From Mucisphaera calidilacus (GTDB lineage: Bacteria > Planctomycetota > Phycisphaerae > Phycisphaerales > Phycisphaeraceae): DNA of 32,000 bases. Shown here piece by piece: positions 1 to 8,841 of the stretch. The translations under genes were made by a program, and so were the position numbers. The stretch spans positions 1,560,001 to 1,592,000 of the forward strand of contig NZ_CP036280.1 in assembly GCF_007748075.1 (NCBI RefSeq), written 5' to 3'. How positions within the stretch are numbered: the stretch's first letter is position 1; each line of letters starts with the position of its first letter. A model generated the notes under the pieces. That model had not been told where the DNA came from, searched no databases, and was given only the letters and a program-made list of their open reading frames with translations.

Positions 1-1
1 G

Positions 2-226
2 ACGCGTTACGGTGCGTTGCCGGCGCAGATGGCTCATATCTGCGCGAGCAACATGGCGTTCTTTGATCTGGCGGCGACGGCGGTGGTTGAGGGTTCCCGG
101 GAGGCGGCGACGCACGCGTTGATGCTGGACCCGCTGACGCAGGCGGTCTGCACGCCTGGGGAAATCAAGTCCATGTCGGATGAGATGTTTGATGCAGAAT
201 CGGAGTACCTGGGGCATTATGCTTAG
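2..226 (+). CDS. C-terminal fragment of a glycoside hydrolase family 4-like enzyme (NAD/Mn-dependent alpha-glycosidase type); 5' end outside window
   Basis: Frame 2 is open from the window edge to TAG 224-226; the TTG at 17 is only the ORF caller's first start. The tail ...THALMLDPLTQAVCTPGEIKSMSDEMF... resembles the conserved LDPLT C-terminus of GH4 enzymes (by eye). G/T wobble bias matches other + genes. Confidence 0.4.
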   Translation, partial: TRYGALPAQMAHICASNMAFFDLAATAVVEGSREAATHALMLDPLTQAVCTPGEIKSMSDEMFDAESEYLGHYA

Positions 227-262
227 CGGCGTGATGGTTCGTGTCTTCGTGTCCAGGTTGCC

Positions 263-1906
263 ATGAAGTATCTATTCGGCTCGATATTTGCGGCGCTGGT
301 TGTGGCGAGTTTTGTGATCCGCGCGACGTTCCCGGACACGGCGACGCGTGTGCCGGTGCTGTACTGGGTGACGGACCCGGCACCGGCGCGTGTGGAGCAG
401 GTGAATCGGTTCCATCAGTGGCTGATCGAGACCGGGCGGTACACGGAGGATGTGATTGCGGATGAGGCGGGTCTGGCTCGTTTTCGGCGTGAGGTTCCGG
501 AGGCGTTGATTGATGACATCATCGTGACGCAGCCGGCGTTGGCGGGTGTTCTGGGGGATGAGCCTGACCTGTCGGTGTTGCCTGTGACGGTGCGGGTTCC
601 GGCGTGCGAGATGCGTCTGGACACGGCGAACCGTGATGACACGAAGCAGAAGGTTCAGGCGGTGTCGGGTGTGGCGGCGGACGTGATGGACGTGTTCAAC
701 GGTTCGAGCATGCGGATGTTCGCGGCGATGGGGGTTCTGCGTGACGTGACGGAGGATGCGGAGCGTCTGGGTTTCGGGTTGTCGGAGACGTATGCGGCGC
801 TTCGTCCTGAGGTGATTGTTGACGGTCGTCAGTACATGTACCCGTGCAATGTGTCGTCGTCGTATTACACGGTGAACAACGACCTGTTTCGTTCGCTGGG
901 GATGGAGCCACCGCCTCGTCGCTGGACGTTTGATGAGTTTGAGCGGATCGGTATTGCGTTCTGCGAGCGTGCGAATGAGGGCAAGCGTCGTCGGGACACG
1001 TTCTTTCTGAACAAGATCGACTGGACGCGGATGCATCGGGGGTTGGGGGTGTCTCGTTTCAACGAGACGATGACGGCGTGTGTGCTGGACTGCGCGGGAT
1101 ATGCGGAGGGGATGGAGCGTGGCAAGCGTTGGATGTATGAGATCAATATCATCCCGACGCCTGACGATGTGGATGCGTTTGCGTCGGCGCGGACGTATGG
1201 GGGGGCGGACCCGGCGATGTTCGGCGCGGGCCATTTCGGCATGATCGAGGGTGGTCGGTACTGGCTGATGCAGTTCCGGGAGTTTGATGAGTTGGGGGAG
1301 TTGGGGTTTGCGGAGCCGCCTCACGGGGGTTTTCCGAACACGACGATCGGGACGCGTGGGGCGCTGGTTTACAAGGGGACGCGTTACCCTGAGCTGGCGA
1401 CGTTGTTTCTGGCTTACCTGGCGAGCGAGAAGTACAACAATCTGATTGTTGAGGATTCGGATGCGTTGCCGCCTAACCCGGTGTACGCGCAGAGCGAGGC
1501 GTATCTTCGTCCGGCGGATCATCCGAACGAGTGGCTGATACACGGCCCGGCGTTCGAGATTGCGCAGACGATTGCGATCGGTGACGAGTACAGCCCGTTC
1601 GTGCTGCCGACGGTGGTGGAGGCGGAGATCAACTATCACCGTGATCGCTTTATTACGGGTCAGAGCACGGCGGCGGAGGCGGCGCGGAACACGGCGTCTG
1701 CGATCAACCAGGAGATCGCGAAGCGGTTGGGTCGTGAGCCGCGGCTGGTGCCTGAGTATGAGGAGCGTGTCGAGCGTCAGGCGCGGATTGATGCGTTGAA
1801 GGCGTCGGGGGAGCCGATTCCGGCGTCGTGGATTGATAACCCGTTTCTCAAGGCGTATTACAGGCATCTGGGTATGACGCGTGACGATGACGGGGGTGGG
1901 CTGTGA
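263..1906 (+). CDS. Extracellular solute-binding protein of a carbohydrate ABC importer (family 1 SBP-like), membrane-anchored
   Basis: ATG at 263. N-terminal hydrophobic anchor MKYLFGSIFAALVVASFVIRA. First gene of an SBP-permease-permease arrangement, with its stop overlapping the next start (GTGA 1903-1906). Family assignment is by eye and context only. Confidence 0.55.
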   Translation: MKYLFGSIFAALVVASFVIRATFPDTATRVPVLYWVTDPAPARVEQVNRFHQWLIETGRYTEDVIADEAGLARFRREVPEALIDDIIVTQPALAGVLGDEPDLSVLPVTVRVPACEMRLDTANRDDTKQKVQAVSGVAADVMDVFNGSSMRMFAAMGVLRDVTEDAERLGFGLSETYAALRPEVIVDGRQYMYPCNVSSSYYTVNNDLFRSLGMEPPPRRWTFDEFERIGIAFCERANEGKRRRDTFFLNKIDWTRMHRGLGVSRFNETMTACVLDCAGYAEGMERGKRWMYEINIIPTPDDVDAFASARTYGGADPAMFGAGHFGMIEGGRYWLMQFREFDELGELGFAEPPHGGFPNTTIGTRGALVYKGTRYPELATLFLAYLASEKYNNLIVEDSDALPPNPVYAQSEAYLRPADHPNEWLIHGPAFEIAQTIAIGDEYSPFVLPTVVEAEINYHRDRFITGQSTAAEAARNTASAINQEIAKRLGREPRLVPEYEERVERQARIDALKASGEPIPASWIDNPFLKAYYRHLGMTRDDDGGGL

Positions 1907-3399
1907 GTCGCAAGGTGAAGGATTTCGCGGCGGGGGTTGCGTTTCTGGCGCCGAACATCGCGGGCGTGCTGGTGTTCACGGTGTTCCCGGTGGTGGTGAG
2001 TCTGGTGATGGCGTTCAGCAACTGGGATCTGACGCTTCACAACGCGTACAAGACGGACGCGGAGCTTGAGTTTGTCGGTCTGAACAATGTGTATGAGATG
2101 TTTCAGGTGGGTGATCGTTTCGCGTGGGACAGCAAGTTCATCATCTTCTTCGGGAACACGCTGTTTTTCATGATGGGGATTCCGTTCTGCGTGCTGGCTT
2201 CGCTGTTCGCGGCGATCATGCTGAGCAAGGACACGCGTGCGGGTGGCGGTCGTCTGGGGCTGTATCTGTTGGCGGGGTGCGGGTTGACGGTGGGCTGCGT
2301 GATGCTGGCGGCGGCGGGCGCGGGTGCTTCGGCGATGATGCTGACGCTGCTGGGTGTGGCGGGCGTGATTCTGCTGGGTGGTGCGGGTCTGGGTTCGACG
2401 TTCTACCGGACGCTTTTTTACACGCCTTCGTTCGTGGCGGGTGTGGCGACGTTTCTGGTCTGGAAGAAGCTCTACTCGCGTGAGACGGGTCCTGTGAACC
2501 AGGCGTTGAATCCGGTGCTGGATGGTGTTGCGGACACGGTGAATGCGTTGCCTGCGGGGTTGATCGAGTCGCTGCTGTACGCGGGGTATGTGCTGTTCGT
2601 GGTGGTGCTGGCGTGGGGTCTGCGTCAGCTTCGGCGCGCGTACCTTGATGGCGACCTGGGCTGGCGTGCTGCGGTGCTGCCGGTGGTGCTGTTGTTTGTG
2701 CCGTTGCTGGTGGCGTCGCGGTGGAGCTATACGTCGGGGACGTGGTGGGTGTTGGGCGTGTTGTCGTTGGGCGTAGTGTTGTACGAGGCTTACCGGGTGG
2801 TGTCGACGGGTCGTTTCCCGGGTCGTGCGTCGGCGGGGTTTGGTCACGGGTTTGTGATGGCATTGATTGCGTTGGTGGGTCAGTTCGTGGTGCTGGGGCT
2901 GGCGGTGGTGGTGCACGTTCTGCCGTCGATGGCTGCGGATGGTCTGAACCCGCCTAGCTGGCTGAATAACGTGAACTTTGCGAAGCCGGCGTTGATGGTG
3001 ATGGGGTTCTGGGCGGCGATTGGTTCGAACAACATGCTGCTTTATCTGGCGGCGTTGACGAACATCCCGGAGGACCTTTATGAGGCGGCGGACATTGACG
3101 GGGCGTCGCGACTGGATCGGTTCTGGAACGTGACGTGGCCGCAGCTGGCGCCGACGACGTTTTTCATTCTGGTGATGTCGACGATCGGCGGGTTACAGGG
3201 TGGTTTTGAGATGGCGCGTGTTATGACGAACGGTGGTCCGGCGGGTGCGACGACGACGTTGAGTTTTTATATCTACGACCTCGGGTTCATCACGGGTCGG
3301 CTGGGTCTGGCTTCGGCGGTGTCGTGGGTTTTGTTTGTGCTGGTGTTCTGCGTGACGTTGTTCAACTGGAATTTCGGGAACCGTTATGTCAACGACTGA
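1903..3399 (+). CDS. Carbohydrate ABC transporter permease (MalF/CUT1-type), unusually long at 498 aa
   Basis: GTG start overlaps the upstream TGA. Many hydrophobic helices. EAA-loop motif YEAADIDGASRLDRFWNVTWPQLAP. Confidence 0.85.
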   Translation: MSRKVKDFAAGVAFLAPNIAGVLVFTVFPVVVSLVMAFSNWDLTLHNAYKTDAELEFVGLNNVYEMFQVGDRFAWDSKFIIFFGNTLFFMMGIPFCVLASLFAAIMLSKDTRAGGGRLGLYLLAGCGLTVGCVMLAAAGAGASAMMLTLLGVAGVILLGGAGLGSTFYRTLFYTPSFVAGVATFLVWKKLYSRETGPVNQALNPVLDGVADTVNALPAGLIESLLYAGYVLFVVVLAWGLRQLRRAYLDGDLGWRAAVLPVVLLFVPLLVASRWSYTSGTWWVLGVLSLGVVLYEAYRVVSTGRFPGRASAGFGHGFVMALIALVGQFVVLGLAVVVHVLPSMAADGLNPPSWLNNVNFAKPALMVMGFWAAIGSNNMLLYLAALTNIPEDLYEAADIDGASRLDRFWNVTWPQLAPTTFFILVMSTIGGLQGGFEMARVMTNGGPAGATTTLSFYIYDLGFITGRLGLASAVSWVLFVLVFCVTLFNWNFGNRYVND

Positions 3400-4255
3400 T
3401 CCCGTGCTGTCGCCTACGAAGCGTGCTGCCGAGCGCCGGAAGCTCTGGGGCACGTTCGGCCTGAATCTATTGCTGAGCGCGTTGGCGTTTACGCTGGCGT
3501 TGCCTTTTGTGTGGATGGTTCTGACGTCGCTGAAGCACGTTGAGGAGGTGGGGTTGCCGAGCTGGCTGCCGGGCGAGGAGGGTTTGCAGTGGGGGAATTA
3601 CGCTGAGGTATTCGAGCGTGTTCCTTTTGCGCGTTACTACGCGAACAGTCTGTTCGTGGCGTGCTGGGTGACGTTTTTGCAGGTGTTCACGTCGTCGCTG
3701 GCGGCGTTTGCGTTCGCGCGGATCAAGTGGCCGGGTCGTGACGCTGTGTTTCTGTTGTATCTCGCGACGATGATGCTGCCCGGTCTGGTGATGATGATTC
3801 CGAATTACCAGATCATGATTTCGCTGGGTCTGGTGGACACGCTGGCGGGTTTGATCATTCCGGCGTCGTTCACGGCGTTCGGGACGTTTTTGCTGCGACA
3901 GTTCATGCTGTCGATCCCGCCTTCGCTGGACGAGGCTGCGGAGATTGACGGTGCGTCGCGTTGGCAGGTTTACTGGGAGATCATCATGCCGCTGGCGCGT
4001 CCGGGGTTGGTGACGCTTGCGATCTTCACGTTCATGGGTAATTACAACTCGTTTTTCTGGCCGCTGGTGATGCTGAAGAGTCAGCACAAGTTCACGCTGC
4101 CGATCGGTCTGTTGAGCTTCGACACGACGGCGGGTCAGTCGACGCACCTGATGATGGCAGCGGTTACGATGGCGGTTGTGCCGATGATCGTTGTGTTTGT
4201 GGTTCTTCAGAAGCAGCTTGTGCGTGGCATTCAGCTTGGAGCCGTCAAGGGTTAA
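3386..4255 (+). CDS. Carbohydrate ABC transporter permease (MalG/CUT1-type)
   Basis: ATG 3386 overlaps the upstream gene by 14 nt. EAA loop LDEAAEIDGASRWQVYWEIIMPLARPG. About 6 hydrophobic helices. Confidence 0.9.
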   Translation: MSTTDPVLSPTKRAAERRKLWGTFGLNLLLSALAFTLALPFVWMVLTSLKHVEEVGLPSWLPGEEGLQWGNYAEVFERVPFARYYANSLFVACWVTFLQVFTSSLAAFAFARIKWPGRDAVFLLYLATMMLPGLVMMIPNYQIMISLGLVDTLAGLIIPASFTAFGTFLLRQFMLSIPPSLDEAAEIDGASRWQVYWEIIMPLARPGLVTLAIFTFMGNYNSFFWPLVMLKSQHKFTLPIGLLSFDTTAGQSTHLMMAAVTMAVVPMIVVFVVLQKQLVRGIQLGAVKG

Positions 4256-4267
4256 GGGATCAGTAAG

Positions 4268-5416
4268 ATGTCGGACCGCCCTGCCGTTGTTGTTGCGGGT
4301 CATATCTGCCTGGATATCATTCCGCGGTTTCTTCATGGTGACGGTTCGCTGAAGCCTGGCGCGTTGACGGAGGTTGGGCCTGCGGTGACGGCGACGGGTG
4401 GCGCGGTGGCGAACAGCGGTCTGGCGTTGCATCGGCTGGGTGTGCCGACGGCGTTGCTGAGCAAGCTGGGAGATGACCCGTTTGCGCAGCGTGTGCTGGA
4501 CATTCTCAATGGTTACAGCCCGTCGCTGACGCGATCGATGGAGCGGAAGGCGGGTGAGACGACGAGTTACACGGTGGTGATCTCGCCGCCTGGGGTGGAT
4601 CGTTATTTTCTGCATTGTCCGGGTGCGAACAACACGTTCGGTCTTGATGACGTTCCGGAGCGTGCGTTGGCGGGAGCGCGTCTGCTGCACTTTGGTTATC
4701 CGCCGCTGATGCGTCACCTTCAGGTTGATGGTGGCACGGCGATGCGCGGGATTTTCGAGCGTGCGCATGGTGCGGGTCTGGTGACGTCGCTGGACATGGC
4801 GGCGATCGATCCGGAGGCGGAATCGGGGCGCGTGGACTGGGTGGCGTGGCTCGAGCGTGTGTTGCCGGAGGTGGATTTCTTCGTGCCGAGTTTTGACGAG
4901 GTCAGCTTCATGCTGGATGGTTCGGTGTCCGAATTGTCGGCGGATCGTCTGAGCGATTTAGGTGACCGGCTGGTGAAGCTGGGTGCCGGTGCGGTGCTGA
5001 TCAAGCTGGGTCATCACGGGCTGTACCTGCGGACGAGCGGTGATGCGTCGCGGTTTGCGCGTGCCGCGGAGGTGCTGGGTGTGGATGCTGAGGCGTGGGC
5101 GGGGCGCGAGTTGTCGGTGCCTTGTTTCACGGTGGAGGTTGTGGGGACGACGGGTGCGGGAGACTGCACGATCGCGGGTTTTCTGTCGGGTTTGCTGCGT
5201 GGCGAGACGCCTGAGGGCGCGTTGACGAGTGCGGTTGCGGTGGGTTCGTGCAGCGTGGAGTCGGCGGATGCGGTCAGCGCGGTGCCGGCGTGGTCAGACG
5301 TGGCGAAGCGTCTGGAGGCTGGCTGGGCGACGGACCCGCTGATGGATCTGCCGGGGTGGTCGGTGGTTGGCGAGACGACGGTGGTGGGTTCGGCGCGGGA
5401 TCAGCGTTTGTCGTAG
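4268..5416 (+). CDS. PfkB-family carbohydrate kinase (ribokinase/fructokinase-like)
   Basis: ATG 4268, 12 nt after the permease stop. C-terminal PfkB signature VVGTTGAGDCTIAGFLSGLL. N-terminal VVAGHICLDIIP beta-strand typical of the fold. Confidence 0.85.
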   Translation: MSDRPAVVVAGHICLDIIPRFLHGDGSLKPGALTEVGPAVTATGGAVANSGLALHRLGVPTALLSKLGDDPFAQRVLDILNGYSPSLTRSMERKAGETTSYTVVISPPGVDRYFLHCPGANNTFGLDDVPERALAGARLLHFGYPPLMRHLQVDGGTAMRGIFERAHGAGLVTSLDMAAIDPEAESGRVDWVAWLERVLPEVDFFVPSFDEVSFMLDGSVSELSADRLSDLGDRLVKLGAGAVLIKLGHHGLYLRTSGDASRFARAAEVLGVDAEAWAGRELSVPCFTVEVVGTTGAGDCTIAGFLSGLLRGETPEGALTSAVAVGSCSVESADAVSAVPAWSDVAKRLEAGWATDPLMDLPGWSVVGETTVVGSARDQRLS

Positions 5417-6201
5417 ATGACGGGGCACTTGTCGTGGTCGTCGATGAACTGCGTGAGGATGCGTTCGTGGTCGGGGTTGAGGGTGCTTTTTTCGGTTCGG
5501 AGGTGGATGGCGAAGCTTTTGCGGGGTGATCCGCTGGTGTTGATGCCGCTGCCGTGGAGGGTGTGCCGGTGGTGGAAGCTGACGCCGCCGGGCTTGAGGA
5601 TGGAGGGTACTTCTTCCCAAGCGATGCCCTGGGGGAGCTGGATGCTGTTCTTGAGTTTGTCGAGGTCGTTGGAGAAGAAGTCGCCGCCTGCGAAGAGTCC
5701 GTCGCGGTGTGAGCCGGGGACGAAGGCCATGGGGCCGGCCTGTGGTGTGACGTCGCTGATGGCGACCCATGCGGTGAAGAGTTCGCTGTCGGGTGTCCAT
5801 TCGGGCCAGTACTGAGCGTCCTGGTGCCATCCGACGGCGGGTCCGCCTGCGTTGGCAGGGTCGACGGAGGGTTTGTGGAGGAGCTGGACCCACCAGACCT
5901 GGATCATCTTGGCGCCGGTGACGCGTGCGGCGAGTTCGCCGAGTGCGGGGTGTGCGATGCAGGCGTGGATGTCGGGGTCGGCGAGGTTGGGCATCTCGAT
6001 CTTGCAGAGTTTGGTGTCGTCGTCGCCTGGCTTCCAGGGTGATTCGAAGGGTTCGTTGCCTGAGGCGTATTCGCCTCGGCGCACGGCCTCCATGCCATGT
6101 TCGGCGGCGTGGACGGTGTCGGCCGGGATGACCGGCTGGTCCGCGATGTAGTAGCCCCGCTGAGCGTAGAACTCAGCGACGTTGGTGTCGCTCTTGAGCA
6201 T
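5401..6201 (-). CDS. Phytanoyl-CoA dioxygenase (PhyH)-family Fe(II)/2-oxoglutarate-dependent oxygenase
   Basis: ATG (cat 6199-6201), TGA at 5401. WHQDAQYWP, FVPGSH and HHRHTLHGSGIN motifs fit the PhyH facial triad and Arg region. Last gene of the minus-strand hydrolase operon. Confidence 0.75.
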   Translation of the reverse strand: MLKSDTNVAEFYAQRGYYIADQPVIPADTVHAAEHGMEAVRRGEYASGNEPFESPWKPGDDDTKLCKIEMPNLADPDIHACIAHPALGELAARVTGAKMIQVWWVQLLHKPSVDPANAGGPAVGWHQDAQYWPEWTPDSELFTAWVAISDVTPQAGPMAFVPGSHRDGLFAGGDFFSNDLDKLKNSIQLPQGIAWEEVPSILKPGGVSFHHRHTLHGSGINTSGSPRKSFAIHLRTEKSTLNPDHERILTQFIDDHDKCPVIYDKR

Positions 6202-6258
6202 GTCGAGTCTTCCCTAAAAGTAGCCCGAGTCTGTCTATTCAATCATGTATCGACAACG

Positions 6259-7395
6259 TCAGATAATCTCGAGTGCGTCGCGTTCCGGGAGTTTCGGGAA
6301 CGTGACGGTTGGCAGTGTCTGGTACCAGTAGGCGACGGAGGCGAGGTCGTCCTGGAGTGGGAGGTAGTGGAGGGGCTGGCGTTTGCGCCAGCCGAGCGCC
6401 TGTATGGTGACGGTGAGGTCCTGCTCGAAGCGAACGGGGTCGGGCAGGTGCCATCGGTAGAGGCCGAAGCGTTGCTGGCTGTCGTAGACGCCGTCGGGCC
6501 GTATGACCTGGGGCATGCCGGCGTAGGGCGTGGAGAATTCCTGGTACTGCTTGGTGTGGGGGTTTTCGAAGTTGTAGGAGCCGAGGAAGTAGTCTTCGGT
6601 GCCGGTTCCGCAGATGGTGGGGAAGGCGTCGCCGCCGTGCTCGGCGACGTCGTTGTCGACGGTCTGGCCGGGTTTGAGGTCGCCGTCGATGTAGAATTTG
6701 ATCTCGCCCTCGCCCCACCAGCCGGCGTTGTTGACGCCCCAGGCCATGTAGGTGCCGACGTATTGTCCGCGGCCTTTAATACCTTCGACGAGGGTGTATA
6801 CCTTGCCGTAGGGTTGTGGGTTGACGCGTCGGAACTGAGCGTGGAAGTAGGCTGCGTCGTCGGGGACGTCGTTGAGTGCGTAGTCGATCTGGTAGTAGAG
6901 GTAGGCGGGTTCGGTGCCGACGTTTTCGACGGTGATGCGGCAGTTTTTTCGGAAGGGCATGGGCCAGTAGCAGTTGAGGGCGCTGCCGGGGTTGACGGTG
7001 ACGGGTATGGAGTTGACCTGTGCGTATTGGCCCCATCCGCAGGCGAAGAAATCGCCCAGGGGGCATTCGACGCTGGGCTGTTCCTGTCCGTCCCAGTAGA
7101 TGCGGAGGATGAGGAATCGCCAGGCACCGGTGGGTGTCATCCAGAAGTGCTGGAGCGCGCCGGGTCCGTCGATGTCGGCGATGTTGGCGGTGGTTTCGGG
7201 TTGGATCTCGATAGCGGGGTTGATTTTCCATCCGCGTCCGAGGTCTTTAGCGCGGTCGGCGCTGATGCCTTGGGTGGCGCGTCCGCCGCCGGCCTTGGCG
7301 CCGTCGAGGTTTTCGGCGCTGATGGATCTTGTTTTGGCGCGTGAGAGTCGGTGTGCGGAGCTGAGGTCACAGAAGAGGCCGTCGAACTCAGGCAT
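6259..7395 (-). CDS. DUF2961 / glycoside hydrolase family 172 protein, cytoplasmic (no signal peptide)
   Basis: ATG (cat 7393-7395) with GGAG about 8 nt upstream. N-terminal ...RSISAENLDGAKAGGG...GWKINPAIEI...IADIDGPGALQHFWMT... matches the conserved DUF2961 N-terminal pattern as I remember it. Confidence 0.75.
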   Translation of the reverse strand: MPEFDGLFCDLSSAHRLSRAKTRSISAENLDGAKAGGGRATQGISADRAKDLGRGWKINPAIEIQPETTANIADIDGPGALQHFWMTPTGAWRFLILRIYWDGQEQPSVECPLGDFFACGWGQYAQVNSIPVTVNPGSALNCYWPMPFRKNCRITVENVGTEPAYLYYQIDYALNDVPDDAAYFHAQFRRVNPQPYGKVYTLVEGIKGRGQYVGTYMAWGVNNAGWWGEGEIKFYIDGDLKPGQTVDNDVAEHGGDAFPTICGTGTEDYFLGSYNFENPHTKQYQEFSTPYAGMPQVIRPDGVYDSQQRFGLYRWHLPDPVRFEQDLTVTIQALGWRKRQPLHYLPLQDDLASVAYWYQTLPTVTFPKLPERDALEII

Positions 7396-7413
7396 GGAAG
7401 GCTCCGGTTGGGT

Positions 7414-8838
7414 TCAGCGTCTGCGGGTGAGCGCGAGGGCTGCTGCGGGGATGAGGAGTGCGGGCTCGGGGACGTTGGATCCTGCGCCCCAGTTGGAGGC
7501 GATGATGCTGAGGTCGTTGAGGTCGACGCCGCCGAAGCCGTTGAAGTCGCCGTCGGCCCATCCGCCGGTTTTGTAGAAGTTGGCGGCGAGTGCGCTGAGG
7601 TCGAGGAGATCGACGACGCCGTCGAGGGTCGCGTCGCCGAAGGAGGTTCCGAGGAGGACCTCAACCATGTAGGTCAGGTCGTCGCTGTCGGCATCGCGGT
7701 CGCCGTCGAGGTCGAAGGCGGGGTTGCCCATGTTGTCGATAAGCAGGTCGATGTCGTCGGCGTCGGTGCGACCGTCATCGTTGAGGTCGCCGGGGAAAGG
7801 GTCGGGGAGGGTTCCTGCGATGCCGGCGGGGTATTGTGCTGCGTTCATCATGGCGGTCCACATGTCGTTGGGGTCGCCTTCGGGGTTGCCCTGTGATCGC
7901 CACCAGTCGAGTGACTGCGATTCCCATCCGCCGTAGCCCTGGTTCACGAACCATGTGGTGCTGACGATGTTGTGGTTGCCGAAGGTCTGGTTCCACTCGT
8001 GGAGGTCGGCGAGTGCCTTGGTGATGAACTGCGCGGTGACGGCTTCGTTGGCGGCGAGGTCGCCTGTGGTTGAGGTTCCGCGTGACCACTCGGTGATGTA
8101 GACGGGCGCGTCTTTGAATCCGGCGTTGTCAATGACGTTGAGTTGGGAGGCGTAGCTGGACTGGAATCCGGCGGCGATGGCGTCGACGTTGTTGGTGAAG
8201 GGGCTGCCGTAGGCGTGGATGGCGAATCCGTCGATGTCGCCACCGAGGTCGACGACGGCTTCGATGGATTGCTGGAGGTAGGTGTTGCCGCTCATCCATC
8301 GGACGCCACCGGCGGCACCGGGGCTGGGCGGAGCGAGGAGGACGAGGTCGTCGGGCCGCTGGGCCTTGATGGCGTTTCGTACGGTGTTGTAGATGGCGGC
8401 GTAGTCGTCGGGGTGGATCTTGTTGTCGACCCATCCTTCGCCCTCGACGGTGACGTTGGGTTCGTTGCCGATGATCCAGATGTTGGCGTGGTCGCCGAGG
8501 GTGTCAACGACGCCGAGGACGGAGTTGGCCCAGTCGCTTGCGGCCATGGTTGTGGGGGCGGGCACGGTCTGTCCCCAGTCGTAGTCGACGCGGGTGATCA
8601 TCTCGGCGTTGTACTGGGTGGTGGCCTGCTGATAGAGGGGCGCGAAGTGCTGGGCGCCCCACCAGGGCACGGAGTGGGTGAGGATGGTTTCGAGGGACGA
8701 TCCGCCGACGGGTCCGTCACCTGCGGTGCCGTTTTCGTAGTTCCACCAGTGGACGCCGAAGAGCTTGTCCTGGGCGAGGGTGGATTGTGTGGAGGCGAGC
8801 AGCGTGATCAGGGCGAGACCGTGGCACAAGCATCTCAT
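7414..8838 (-). CDS. Secreted clan GH-A (beta/alpha)8 glycoside hydrolase with C-terminal dockerin-type repeats and a PEP-CTERM anchor
   Basis: Signal peptide MRCLCHGLALITLLASTQSTLAQ. Candidate catalytic Glu motifs IIGNEPN and YITEWS. Ca-binding dockerin loops DLNDDGRTDADDIDLL, DLDGDRDADSDDL, DATLDGVVDLLDL and DGDFNGFGGVDLNDL. PEP-CTERM tail VPEPALLIPAAALALTRRR. Confidence 0.7.
   Translation of the reverse strand: MRCLCHGLALITLLASTQSTLAQDKLFGVHWWNYENGTAGDGPVGGSSLETILTHSVPWWGAQHFAPLYQQATTQYNAEMITRVDYDWGQTVPAPTTMAASDWANSVLGVVDTLGDHANIWIIGNEPNVTVEGEGWVDNKIHPDDYAAIYNTVRNAIKAQRPDDLVLLAPPSPGAAGGVRWMSGNTYLQQSIEAVVDLGGDIDGFAIHAYGSPFTNNVDAIAAGFQSSYASQLNVIDNAGFKDAPVYITEWSRGTSTTGDLAANEAVTAQFITKALADLHEWNQTFGNHNIVSTTWFVNQGYGGWESQSLDWWRSQGNPEGDPNDMWTAMMNAAQYPAGIAGTLPDPFPGDLNDDGRTDADDIDLLIDNMGNPAFDLDGDRDADSDDLTYMVEVLLGTSFGDATLDGVVDLLDLSALAANFYKTGGWADGDFNGFGGVDLNDLSIIASNWGAGSNVPEPALLIPAAALALTRRR
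7417..7800 (-). other. Dockerin-repeat plus PEP-CTERM C-terminal cassette (copy 1)
   Basis: The last 128 aa of the clan GH-A hydrolase have the same architecture as the last 132 aa of 20497-21675. The two share 27 identical nt at 7537-7563 and 20626-20652, encoding GWADGDFNG. Confidence 0.7.
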
Positions 8839-8841
8839 CGT

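Noticed and set aside
272-1867. 531-aa ORF antisense to the solute-binding protein gene. Similar long antisense or off-frame ORFs occur at 1858-2916(-), 3467-4768(-), 6097-7344(+), 6243-7127(-), 8143-8913(+), 8879-10963(-), 9472-11262(+), 11680-13182(-), 11823-12932(+), 16659-18554(-), 19003-20472(-), 21940-23049(-), 25483-26253(+), 28676-29332(+) and 29305-29916(+).
   Set aside because: Their translations are low-complexity Arg/Pro/His/Thr- or Gly/Val/Asp/Ala-rich strings with no recognisable motifs. Each fully overlaps a CDS with clear family signatures. High GC plus the strand-locked wobble bias depletes stop codons in alternative frames.
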